From Podarcis melisellensis (Eukaryota): 64,000 nucleotides of DNA. Made by a program: the position numbers and the translations under genes. The notes under the pieces are model-generated. The model worked only from the letters and a program-made list of their open reading frames with translations. It ran no database searches and was not told the DNA's origin. The stretch lies in NCBI GenBank assembly GCA_964234715.1, contig OZ174280.1; one strand, written 5' to 3'. Of this stretch, positions 26,801 to 40,300 are shown in pieces; positions within the stretch are counted from its first letter, which is position 1; the number at the start of each line of letters is the position of its first letter.

Positions 26801-29800
26801 CCTGTAATAAAACTTCCCGCCACCAGCGAACAGCTGAACTGGGGATGGCTGACACAAACAGGACAATGTTTTAGAATTGGTTTCAGACAACAGTCTTGCT
26901 TTTGGTCAACCAATCGATTATAGAATTTTGTAGCACCTCAGTTAGGCATATAGTATTTTAGGAAATCTTCGCTACATTGTTTGCTTCAAGAGGTTTGCTG
27001 ACCTGTGCACACCTCTTAAAGCTGGGCTTTGACACTTGAGATGCATAGTTTAGGACTCAGCCTATTCTAGTGATTGTGAGGTAAAGGGCCCCCTGACCAT
27101 TAGGTCCAGTCGTGGCCGACTCTGGGGTTGTGGCACTCATCTCACTTTATTAGCCGAGGGAGCCGGTGTACAGCTTCTGACCAGCATGACTAAGCCGCTT
27201 CTGGCGAACTAGAGCAGTGCACAGAAATGCCGTTTACATTCCCACCGGAGTGGTACCTATTTATCTACTTGCACTTTGACATGCTTTCGAACTGCTACGT
27301 TGGCAGGAGCAGGGACCGAGCAACGGGAGCTCACCCCATCGCAGGGATTTGAACCACCGACGTTCTTATCAGCAAGTCCTAGGCTCTGTGATTTAACCCA
27401 CAGCGCCACCCACATCCCTCTAGTGATTGTATTTTGTTTTAAATTGTTCTGACCCACCCTAGGACCTAAGGGGAAAGGGTGGGCCATAAATTACTATTTT
27501 TATTAGTAGTAGAATCATAGAACTGTACAGTTGGAAGGGACCCCAACCCCCTGCAATGCAGAAATCTTTTTGCCGAATGTGGGGCTTGAACCCAAGACCC
27601 TGAGATTAAGAGTCTCATGCTCTACCAACTGAGTAGCGTTACATTTAATTTATTGAGGCCTTTAACCCAGAGATCACAAACCTGTGGCCCTCAAAATGAG
27701 GCTGAATTACAACTTCCATCAGACCCAGCCAGCCTGGCCAATGGCCAGGGATGGTGGAATGTCTTTCAGCAACATTTACAGTGGTACCTCGGGTTACATA
27801 CGCTTCAGGTTACATATGCTTCAGGTTACAGACTCCGCTAACCCAGAAATATTACCTCAGGTTAAGAACTTTGCTTCAGGATGAGAACAGAAATCGTGCT
27901 CCTGCAGCAGGAGGCCCCATTAGCTAAAGTGGTGCTTCAGGTTAAGAACAGTTTCAGGTTAAGTACGGACCTCCGGAACGAATTAAGTACTTAACCTGAG
28001 GTACCACTGTACAGGCTTCCATTGCATTAGGCCTTCCATCAGCCACAACAACTCTTATTCCCATTTTTACCACTGGAGGGCATTCTGCAACTCATTCCAC
28101 TCCAGCTGTTCATTAGAACAACATGTAACTAAGAACTTGAACTTGAGTTTGCTTATTTCCTCCTCCCTTCCAATCCATTTTCCTTTGGTGTCATGCATTT
28201 TTACATTGTAACCTCAGGGACAGGGGCTGTCTGGGTTTTTTTTTTTTTTAGTGATTTGTAAGCTATCCAAGGAATCCTTTTAGGTTGGAGAGCCGGGTAA
28301 AAAAAAAAAATCCCTAACAAAAATAAATAAATAGCTGGCACCACGACTGAGCAACAGACAAAGAAACAGGTTGAACCAAATATGTGTGGTTCAGGAAAAA
28401 AACAAAAAACTAATATATGTGTTTCAGAGGTCTAGTTTTGTCTGTGCAAGGAAATGGCATCATCGGGATATGTCAGGAAAGTCCAGTACTGAGAGCTGGT
28501 GTAGTATTGTGGGCAAGGAGGCTCATTGAGAAGCCAGGAACTTCCTGCTTCAAATCTTGCCTCTGCCATGAACTCATTGGGTGGGATCCTTGGGCAAGCC
28601 TCTCTCATATTCACACACACACACCCAACACACATCCTGCCACAATATGGGAATACTCAATGCTGTTTTTCTAGATAAAGAGGTGTTGGAACCTCCCTCG
28701 TTCTCTTAGAATGGCAATGGTGCCTGAGAGGTACCAGAACTGAGTTCTGGTGAGTTCCGGCTGAAAAAAGCTACTTTTACAGGTAGTCATGAAAGCTTTT
28801 GACTATTCTGAAAGGCTGCCGCCGCTGTTATCGCTAGTCTTCCTCTCCATCGGCTTTGTTGGACTGGCTGTAAAAAGCATGCAGCCCAGTCATTCTTCAG
28901 CTTCCATTTTGGGCTGGCAAATACAGCGCAAACTTCCACAAAGGGCTTGACTGCAATACAAGCAAGGAAGTGAGCTCAAGACTTGGCCAAGACTGCACTA
29001 TGGCAGGAGTGGAACTTCAGCCCAGCTCTCATGGATTAAAGACTTCTTCTTTAGCCACTGAGTCATTGCACTTGTCATCTGAGTGACCTTTCACAGAGGA
29101 CAGATCCCCTTAACATCCATCTAAACCGCCATAGGAATTAATCAACTAATTGCACTAATAATGTAATGCATTTGGGTCTTCTGGAGATGGATTGACTCTC
29201 TTGTTCAAAATCCACCCTGCGATTTATGGATACTTGCCACCACCAACATCTTACACAATGTACTTCCTTTTAGAGTTTCAGAGTCAGGTGGCAAATTTCA
29301 ATAAGCTAAGAAATGCAAAATAAATGTGGTGCTATATCTGTTCAGCAAGAATCGAAGGCTCATATTATATCCCCCACCATCCTAATAAAATGAGATATAA
29401 CCAACTTTAATCTCTCTCTTTTTTTGAGAAGTTAAAAGCCAGCAGCAGTTCCGTTTAGCTGGTTGCAGCCTCTGGGAGCTTGTGACTGGGACTTGAAAAG
29501 AGGATAAAATAAGAGAACAAGAAGAACATATGTTTAAAGAAGACTGTAAAATGTATATATGGGGAGAAACTGTGTACACTCGAAAACGTTGGCAGCATTA
29601 AGTTAAATTCAACAGTGTAAATAAGTCTTGATGGATGTAATAATGGAATACTGAATGGTTTAGTTTACATAAAATATGCAGAGATTTATGATATGCAAAA
29701 TGAACCATGGAAGGAGAAGAAAGGAAGTAATTGATATTTTAAGGATGTTTAAATGAATATTCTAAATTGTAGAATTTAGGACCAAGAGACATGGATAGCG

Positions 29801-32800
29801 AGGGAGCTGCTGCAGTGCAGTTTGTCTCCTTCACTGGAGGTTCTTAAATAAACGTTGGATGGCCATCTGTCATGGATGCTGTAGTTGAGATTCCTGCACT
29901 GTAGGGGGTTGGACTAGATGACCCTTGGGGTCCCTTCCAACTCTATGATTCTATGAAACAGCACTATGTTTATTTTGCCATTGCTTCTCTGCTTTAAGCA
30001 GGACTTGCACTGTCCAATTTATACCTGTTCGGCACAACCTATGTTCCAATAATCAAAGGATCCTACAGCTGCTGTTACATCTAAGTACACCTACAACTGG
30101 ATTAAAAGTATAGTCTCTTGACAGAAACTTTTCTGCCGCATGACTGAATCCACAATTATATAATCAGGTCAGGCCTAATAGATTTGTGCTCACAATAGCA
30201 ATTCATCTGGATGGATGAAGTAGCCATTTTATGTGGATCATCTTTATTGTACAAAAAATGAGGGAAACAGAAGCTTCACAATATTGCATTATTACCTGTG
30301 CTCTGGTAGCGTGGCTAATAAGATATATATATATCCCTTTGTTCCATTGTGTGTGAAAACAGAGGCTCTTCATTCGCAGTGTAGCTTGGTGGATAAAGCA
30401 CTTCTTATTTATTCATTTTCATTATCGTCGAACAAAGCCCACTGGTGTGTGTGTGTGTATGTGTGTGTGTGTGTGTAATCTTAAACTTAGTTGCAGCAGG
30501 GAAGGTAACACTTCAAAAGAAAGTAACAAACAAATGCGCCTGCTAATATTTCAAAGACCTATTGATTATATGCTCCTGGTTTAATTTTATGTGAGAGTGC
30601 TTTGAGCATTTTTTTATTTGTAATTATAGTCCCTCCCCCCAAAAAAAACCACAATAACAGTGCAGAGCTTCTGTTTGTGTGGCCCCCTTTCCTCATGTAT
30701 GGAAAGTAATACTTATCTCAATGCATTTCTTTCTCTTTGTTACTGAGGATATTGAAAATTCCCCTTTATATTTATGCATTTGGAATTCCTTGAATAAAAG
30801 ATGTTAGAGTGCAGCAGTGGCACGATACTGACTGGGTCTTCCCCTCAAGGCTCTGAACTTGCATCAGAGCTCAGGTTCCTTCTGCCGGGTGGTTTCCTTG
30901 GTGAACGCAGCTGGATGGTGGAAAGAAGAGTTTCCACGGGGCATTGAACAGAGCAAGGGCAATGGTAGCAATTCTGGGGAAAGATTGTTCAGAAGTATTT
31001 TGCTGTGTCCCCCAACCCCCTGCCCTCACTTCTCCAGGTATATGAGAGCTCCTCCAAAATGGAACAGTTTGTGACCCGCTTCTTACTTCGCGAGACGATG
31101 AACCAGCTGCAGTCCCTGCAGGTCTCACTGGAATGTGCTGCAGACACCATTGAAGAACAGGCTGGCCGAGAAAGGTACAAGAAAGCGCTGGGGGAGTGAG
31201 AAAGAGATGTAAAGTCACCAGTGGTGTAGCGTGGGGGTGCAGGGGGGGCCGGCCGCACCGGGCGCAACATCTGGGGGGGCCGCGCTCGCACTCGCAGCTC
31301 TCTGCCCCTACTAAAATCCACGGGTTAGGGGGCGCAAATTACTTGCCTTGCCCCGGGTGCTGATACTCCACACTACGCCACTGAAAGGCGCCACCAAAAT
31401 CTGAGGAGAAGGTTCTCTGGGCATGCCACTTCATGTGATAATGGTCTCAGAGCACTTCCTTCCTTCCTTCCTTCCTTCCTTCCTTCCTTCCTTCCTTCCT
31501 TCCTTCCTTCCTTCCTTCCTTCCTTCCTTCCTTCCTTCCTTTTCTCCTCGTCTCAAACCATGTTCACATGTGGAACTTTATTTTGCTACTGATATTTCAT
31601 CTGCCCACAAAGTCAATAGGGGCAGTGGCAGGACTGGAGTGGGATGTGCAGTCTACATCCAGCATCCCATTCTGGCCCAGGGTTTCTCCCAGTCCCCACC
31701 ATTTCTGGGAGCAGTTCCTGCATCTCCTGCCTGGTTGAATGCTGCAGTGCTGTTCTGGAAGTCAGAGGAGCTGTCACATAGACATTCAGTTGCAGAGACA
31801 GGAATAATACGTAATTGCCACCAGGGAGAAGCAACCCACAGGAACTGAGAGGAACCAATATTTCATTCTTATGAGATCTGATCTCCCAAAGCAGATACCA
31901 CTTTTCGTATCCTTGAAGTTTTCAGAATTACTAGTAAATAATAGAAAAAGCCCCCACAGATTTTAGACCAAGAGTGTGCTAAGGGTATGTCTCCTTTGTG
32001 CTCCTGCCATGAAGAATGAGGGGCCTTGTTTGCAGAAATTCACACAGAAGTGACTCTTAGCCATGCATTGCTGGCTATGATTCTCTTAAGAACTCATATA
32101 ACCCCTGTTTTAAAACGGCTGCTTTGGGTGGCAGGTTATTTTCAGGCCCAGTTTAAGGTTTAAACCCCTAAATTATTTAGTCCCCTAATATCTGAAAGAC
32201 TACCTCTTTCCCTACAGTCCTTCTTGGGTGTTAAGAACAACAAAGGAGGCCCTATTGGTTCCACCTCCTTCAGAGGTTTTTTTTTTGGGGGGGGTGTCCT
32301 GGGAGATGACATTCTCTATGGCAGCTTTGTGTGTCTGCCACCTTCATCACACAGTTTTTGGTGAATGCTGAAGATACATCTCTTTACCCTATCTATAATT
32401 TAACTGTTTTTAATATTGAATTTTAAATTGTTGCAACCTGAACTGGGACCTGATGGCAAAGGGCAGGTGATACATTGAAAAAAATAATAAGATTGTCATC
32501 ATCATCATCATCATCATCATATTTTGTGCTTTTCAGGAAGGATGTTACCAAATCAGAAGCTTTTGTTGGTCCACGCACTGCTAAAAGATGTGGCCGTAGA
32601 GCTCAGAAGAACATCTGTTTGTCTCCAACAGATCCTTATTCAGGGATGCTCACCACAGGTACTGGCAGGCTCCCCATCCCTCTTGTCAGACTTCACATTG
32701 AGGCTGGCTGCTTCACTGCCAGAAGCAGAGGGGTGGCTTCTGGAAAAATAGGGTATAAAAATGTCTGAATGCAGTAACAAAGTCTTGTACAAATTCCCTG

Positions 32801-32863
32801 GCCACCATCAACAATGGCCTGGTGCACACAGCCGTAGGTTTCTCATCACTTGAGCACTATTGA

Positions 32864-32909
<46 letters not shown>

Positions 32910-34314
32910 CACCTATCTAGCCACTCTGGGCTGCTTACAGCACATATAAAAACATAGTAAAACGTGTTTACATGTTTACTCCCACATAGAGTGCTCACAT
33001 CTAGCAGCAGAGCAGGACCATGCTTCTAGTTGCACCCCTCCCCACCCCACCGTTGCATCATCTTCCTATCACCAGACCTTCAGCATCGTGAGCACAGAGG
33101 TCTCACGCATGTAATAGAGGCCCCTGATGCAAATGAAACATGCATTAGGACTCCACGCATCGAGAACAGGACTTGAAGCACAGCCCCATTCCTGTTGCTA
33201 CATGTTAGTGTCTTCCATGTGAACGAACACATGAACAGGGCCTTGATTACTCAATGATCTGGCGACTTGGTGTGCACTGTGTTTTGAAAAAAGCATGGTC
33301 ATGAAAGGTTATATGGAAATTCTAGGTACAGAGTTGGATACACGGGGGCTTATTCATGCAAGTCGCCATTTGATGCTGATGTCAGCATGCGAGGGACGCA
33401 AATTATTTATTTACCTATTTTAATAATTTATACAGCACTTAATACTGCCGTTTCTAAGTGGTGTACACGAGGGATACAAGAGGTACACCAAAAGGTAGGC
33501 ACACTTAATGCCTTCATAAGAAGAAACACTGGGCCTTTCTTTCTAATGAATTGCTGCAAATCAGGGCCTAAGTAGACCTTAGACTGTACTACAGCACTAA
33601 GATCAGAAATAAGCCTCTGCTGCTGCCTTTAACTATCCTTTTACAGGCAGAGGCGAATCTCCGATCTTAGTGCTAATCTCCACAGCACTAGGACTGGAGA
33701 CAAGCCCCCTGCTTGCTCTTTGATAATAAAAAGCAGCAAGGATAATGGCTTATCTCTAACCTTAGCACTGTGCAGTCAGGTGACTGACAGGTAGGTGGCC
33801 ACACCCACTTATCAAAATAGCCCACGAGGCCAGGCTACTTCTAGGTCAGGTCTTCCAGCCTGGTCCTTTTTCCCACCCCACCCTACAAGGAACTGTCTCC
33901 AGCCCACATCTCCCAAGTAATGTCAAGTAAAAGAAACACCTGATGTGATATCATCACTTTCTGCATTCTCCACCCTTTCAAGGGTCGGGGAATGCTGGGT
34001 GTGACAATGTCACACCATGCAAGTGGCAACCACTCAGTCCATGTAACATCTACTTAGGCCCTGAGGCATCGTTTCAACAACAAGCCTGGAAGTAGCTTGA
34101 AAGCCCATTTCTGATCTGTGAGCCAACACAGGCCAGGGCTCTTCCATGTTACATTTTTCACCACAACACCAGCAGTGTAAGAAAGTACATTCACAAATGA
34201 AAACCTGTCAGAAGTGGTCGTGGCTATTTTCCAGGCAGAGGTACTGTCTGTGTTGCAGCACAGAGCACATTATTCTTTAAACATTTGCAACCACAAGGAA
34301 ATCATTATGGGGAG

Positions 34315-34382
<68 letters not shown>

Positions 34383-37300
34383 AAGAATGGAGTATTGCCT
34401 TCCTTTGTGGGCTGGAGTGGGCAATGCTACAGGGTCAAGGAGGAATAACAAGCAAATAGACCAGCCTTATTTGTGCTAAAATGAAGGAGTGAAGGTTTGC
34501 CATGCCATCTATCTGCCGACACTACAGAAGTACTCCCTATCCGCTGAACTACAGGCAGAAGGAGATTTTGCATGATTTCAGCTCCTCCTTCTCCCTTTTT
34601 CCCATTGCATCCAGGTGTTTGTGTGGAAACTGACAGCCAGTGGACAGCTGAGATCGACCAACTACAGCAGCTTATTGACAAACTGGAATGTAAGGTGGGC
34701 CAACAGATGGAACTGGTAGTAATAATACATGATGGAGATTCTGTGTAGAACAGAGATGCATTTTCCCAAGATCCTGGCTGCTTCTCAGGGCATTTGGATC
34801 TGGTCCAAAATACAACTTAGTTCGCTTTAATATCATCTCCTGTTGGGGCAGTTCATGTTCTCCCTAGACATATCTGACTGAAGTATCCATCCTTTGACCA
34901 GGGAATCTTTGAGCATAAAGCCCTATAATCAGGCATCACTTTCCCAGCCTCTCAAAGTCAACTTGTCTACTGACAAGGGTTTGGAAGATTTGATTTATTT
35001 TTATCCATTAGGCCCCACCTTTGTACCTTTTCTTAGTAGATTATGCTTTAAACCCATCTTTAAGCCAGTTTTAAACTGTCAGTTTTAAACTGTCACAATT
35101 ACCAGTCAAGGGACCCTAAGATATGTAATTATAGTAAGGAGGGTGGGGGAGAGTACAGAAGCCAAGTGTCAATAGAAATATTGCAACCTTTCTTTTAAGG
35201 TTTATTGCATTAACCAAAGCAACCGATACTAGCCAACCAAGTCTGAAAGGCTTATATATGGTGGGCCCCATTTTGTGACTCTGATGTGTTTCAAATATAT
35301 GTACATGCATTGCCTGCCTAATACATTATGAGTTGGAGATCCAGACATTGCTCCTGCTGGTAGAAGAGGGTAAGTGACTCCTGGCCACCCCCCTGTAACC
35401 CACAGCACCACCTCCCACACTGTTTCAGAGGCTTGGGTAAACCCTGGAGGACTGAGTGATTTGGCAAATGTTGCCTCCCTCCACCTCCCAGCAAAATCCT
35501 TCTGTTGAACCACAAAGGCTGAAAGGAGCCTTTCTGTCTGTGGAAGGTGTATTCTGGATCCAACCCAGAGCCTGTTCAATGTATAGCATCATATGTATTT
35601 CAAAACAAAGTGGCAGTAAAATCCTAAATAAAGTTCTGTCCTTAAACAAAATGGTTTTCTTGTGCCCTTTCTGGGATATTCCCAGGGCAAAGACAAAGGA
35701 ATAAAAGTGTTTATAGAATTGCTTATGGTGTCAGGAGTCCCTTGTCTCCAGTCATGTATAAAGAATGCTTTATACTTCAGAGGGAGGTGACGCATTCTCA
35801 CAGCTTATATTAAGGTCCATATTCTTTCTGCTGAAATTGAACCTAGCCAAAACCCTAGAATGAAACAGAGAACAAAGGAGCATCTCTAGAGGGTGTTTAC
35901 TGTGAAATATTCCAGTACAGTAGCTGTGTTAGCCTGTTGCAAAAAGAAAAAGAGGGGGGAAGGGGAAAGAAGGCCTTGTGGTATCTTAAAGACTAACAAA
36001 TTCATGATGGCATAAGCTCAGTGAAGTCAACTGTTGTCCACAAAAGCTTATGCCACACAATACATAAATGCATATATTAACATGTCAGAAAATTTTGTTC
36101 TTTCCACTTTCCAATCTTTCTGGGGAAGGACCATATCTTAGTAGCAGAACATCTGCTTTGCATGCAGAAGGTGCCAGGTGCAATCCCCAGCATCTACAGG
36201 TATGGCTGGGAATGTCTCCTGCCTGAAATCCCAGACAGCTGCTGCCAGTCAGTGTATACTCAGTGCATACTGAGTGAGATGGGCCAGTGATCTGATTCAG
36301 TATAAGGCAGGCTTCCTAGGCTCCTATGACATAGGTTCCTATATACCATTTGACTCACTTCCTCAGGTTTTTTACTGTTCCGCCTATGAAAGAAGATGGG
36401 ACTTCTGCTGATGAGATAATGAAATATCCTCCTCATTACCTTGGAGCTGATTCATATATGCACGCTCGTCATTTGCAGCTGAAAGTGTGAACTGCCTCTG
36501 TTGAAAATCATTGTGTCCGGAGATAGGAAAGTTCTGCCTATGGTGTGTGGTCTCTTAAGAGTGTTCCATACGTATGAAATACCATCTGATGTTACCCTGA
36601 TTCCTACACATTACACTCACCCGTAACACATTCTGTGAGACATCAAATAACCAACTGCTAAAACTCCCACTGGTTTATGTCTGGATACCAATAAAAATGG
36701 CTGGTTTTGATTCTGGGAAGAGCTCAAAAGCACAAAGGCTAGACCCTAAAGGGAGTGGGGTACCAATTCTTCTCATATATATTGCATCAGGCCAAATTAC
36801 CAGGTTTTTTGCTCTGACATACTTCTATGCAGTGCTTTTTTCTAAAAAAAATAATAATGTTTAGGGGTACTCTCATTTTGACTCAAGAAAATAACCATTT
36901 TATAGTCAAATAGGAAAAAAATGAATACAGTAATTGGACAAAAGTACAAAGATTCACAAAATGTTTAGGAGTATGCGTATCCCTGAGTACCCCCAGAAAG
37001 AAAGAAAGAAAGCAGCCAAGCCGTGGTTTGTAGCAACTGTGAATGCTGACAAAAAAGGCAGTCATTAAGTCAATTATACATTTCACACTTCCACATTCAT
37101 TGTTCTCCTTTTGCAATAATTGTGCATTTCTGTCTACTCAGAGTCCAAGGCTGGAACCTCTGAAAGATGATGTGGTCTGCAAAGGAAGAGATTCTTCTGT
37201 AAGTTTAATTGTGACCGCTCCGTTTATTTGATAATAAAAATGAGCAAATCCCTCAGCCAATGTGCTTGGGATACTATTAATATACTGGTGGAAACAAAGA

Positions 37301-40300
37301 AGATGATTTAATGACCAGATGGAGTAAAGGACAGGGCTCCTATGCCTTTGAGAGCCGTATAGAGGAAGGAATTTTAGAAAGAACAGCTTTTTATATCACA
37401 GGGCTACAAGGGTGAGAAAAGTTGCCTCCACCAGATCTTTCTCTTCTGCCCAGGGCTGTCAGTGGTGTTGCAATCTACCGTATTTTTCGCTCTATAAGAC
37501 GCACCAGACCACAAGACGCACCTAGTTTTTGGAGGAGGAAAACAAGAAAAAAAATATTCTGAATCTCAGAAGCCAGAACAGCAAGAGGGATCGCTGCGCA
37601 GTGAAAGCAGCAATCCCTCTTGCTGTTCTGGCTTCTGGGATAGCTGCGCAGCCTGAATTCGCCCCATAAGACGCACACACATTTCCCCTTACTTTTTAGG
37701 AGGGAAAAAGTGAGTCTTATAGAGCAAAAAATACAGTAGTTCTCTAGTACTTGTGATCACTCAGCAAGGGAAGCTGCTAGTTCCAGCTTGTGACGACATG
37801 TTTATATGGCAGCCTCTGCAGAAGTTTGATCAAAACTGACATTTCTAAAGCTGTCAACGTTTGAGAAAATATGTGCCAATACAAAAGGGGACTCCAGACT
37901 GTATTTTGCTGGAAGGACTCACGCACATTCCAGGAAATGTAGGTTGGCACAATTACAGTGGATTAAAGGGGACGCAGGTGGCGCTGTGGGTTAAAGCCTC
38001 AGCGCCTAGGACTTGCCGATCGAAAGGTCGGCGGTTCGAATCCCTGCGGCGGGGTGCGCTCCCGCTGCTCGGTCCCAGCGCCTGCCAACCTAGCAGTTCG
38101 AAAGCACCTCCGGGTGCAAGTAGATAAATAGGGACCGCTTACCAGCGGGAAGGTAAACGGCGTTTCCGTGTGCGGCTCTGGCTCGCCAGAGCAGCGATGT
38201 CACGCTGGCCACGTGACCCGGAAGTGTCTCCGGACAGCGCTGGCCCCTGGCCTCTTAAGTGAGATGGGCGCACAACCCCCGAGTCTGTCAAGACTGGCCC
38301 GCACGGGCAGGGGTACCTTTACCTTTACCTTTAAAGCATTCTGTTGCTTCAGTACAACAAATTCACATTAAGAAATAAATAAATGGGCTTTTTGCCTTTA
38401 GGATAGTGATGGTGACATGCATTGGAAAGCATGGGAATGAACAAATGAGTAATGGGGAGACATCTAAATGCCCCACAAACACATCAGGATGGATGCAGGG
38501 TGAATATTCATTGTAGTATAACCTCTCTGCAACCAAACCAGAACAAATGTGTAATAAATACCAAAAACAATACAGCCTCCATGTAAGTTGCATGCAAGTA
38601 AATCAGGACGAATGCTCAATAAATGGGTTGTCTGAAGGAACCCAACAAAAATTGCAGAAGCCACAGTGTGTCTTTAAATGAGCAGGTTTTCACATGAGTT
38701 TTGAACTAAAACCATACCTAAAGTGGGTAAGTCATCTCCCAGGAACAATTGTGTCATTCCGAGAACTTTGCTCACTTTGCAAGAGCCAGTGTGGTGTAGT
38801 GGTTAAGAGCGGTAGTCTCGTAATCTGGGAACCGGGTTCACGTCTCCGCTCCTCCACATGCAGCTGCTGGGTGACCTTGGGCTAGTCACACTTCTCTGAA
38901 GTCTCTCAGCCTCACTCACCTCACAGAGTGTTTGTTGTGGGGGAGGAAGGGAAAGGAGAATGTTAGCTGCTTTGAGACTCCTTAAAGGGAGTGAAAGACG
39001 GCAGTGGCGTAGCGTGGGTTGTCAGCACCCGGGGCAAGGCAAGTAATTTGCGCCCCCTAACCCATGGATTTGCGCCCCCTAACTCGTGGATTTGCGCCCC
39101 TAACCCTAACTCCCAGATGTTGGCACAGAATACTTTTTAGCATGCATTTGGCTGGCCCATCCATCCATCCATCATTCAGGCCCCCCCTGCACCCCCCACG
39201 CTACGCCACTGAAAGGTGGGATATCAAATCCAAACTCTTCTTCTTCTTCTTCTTCTTCATTTGTGGAGCTTAATCAATGTATGATCACAGGAAGGGCTCC
39301 AAAACATTTGCCATAGCCTTTGCACAAAATAAAGGAAAGGATGGATGGATGGATAGATGTATAGGCCGGCCAAATGCATGCTAAAAAGTATTCTGTGCCA
39401 GTTAGAGATATGCTGCATATAACGGGGAGCTATAGTACACTGTCAGTGCTTCTGAGAGCTCTTGTTATCTGCATGCTCTGGATCAAGACTGCTGGAGGGC
39501 ACCATGCTAGGGATGGTTGCTTCTTAAGCAATAATACACACATCTTCCTGAACTATCTTTCTCTCTGTTACTCTCTGTTTGCCACTGGCTTCTTCCATAA
39601 ACTTGTCAAATCAATATAAGTGGGTGTTGCAGAACCTGTTTGGGTGTGTGTGTGTTTCTAAGTGGAATGCAGTCCTTAGATACAAAGGGCTGGCTTTGAT
39701 CGCAGGGATATTGCATGTAGCATACTGGAACTGGGTCTATCACCCCTCACCATCTCTCTTCCCCCTCCTGCCTCTGCCGCTTTCTGCAGCACATCCTGGT
39801 GGCACAGAGACAGATCTCAGTGGCAGACAGTGGATTAGAGGCGTTCCGCCAAGCTCTCCAATCCTACACAGAAATCACAGCCGGACAGAGCAGCTGCCTA
39901 CAGTAAGTCTTCCAGAGTTTGACTTTCATAGGCTGTTTGGATGAGAAATGTTGTTAAGAACAGCAATTGTGGCTTTTGTCGAACTCTCCATCTTCAGGCT
40001 ATTAATTTTAACTCACTCTCCCAAACAGCTTAGTGGTATTATTTAGAACAAAGATACAGGGTTGCTTTATAGTTAATCCTGAAAAGAAAAAAAATCTATG
40101 AACTAAATTGCCCTCCTAACATCCCCCATAAAGTAGATGAATGCTGCACTACAAAATACAGACTCATTACAGGGAACTATTATTACTCTTTTTCTGTACA
40201 GATGGCAAAACAAACAGAAGCACAGAAAGAAAATTGCACACTCAGATGATTGTGAATGCAGAATCTCCCCCCTTTCCTAGTTTTGTAATTATTTTTGCTG

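Noticed and set aside
27572-27637. Functional tRNA-Lys gene (likewise tRNA-Ile at 43882)
   Set aside because: 5' acceptor stem missing or mutated and fused to a CR1 tail; these are SINE heads
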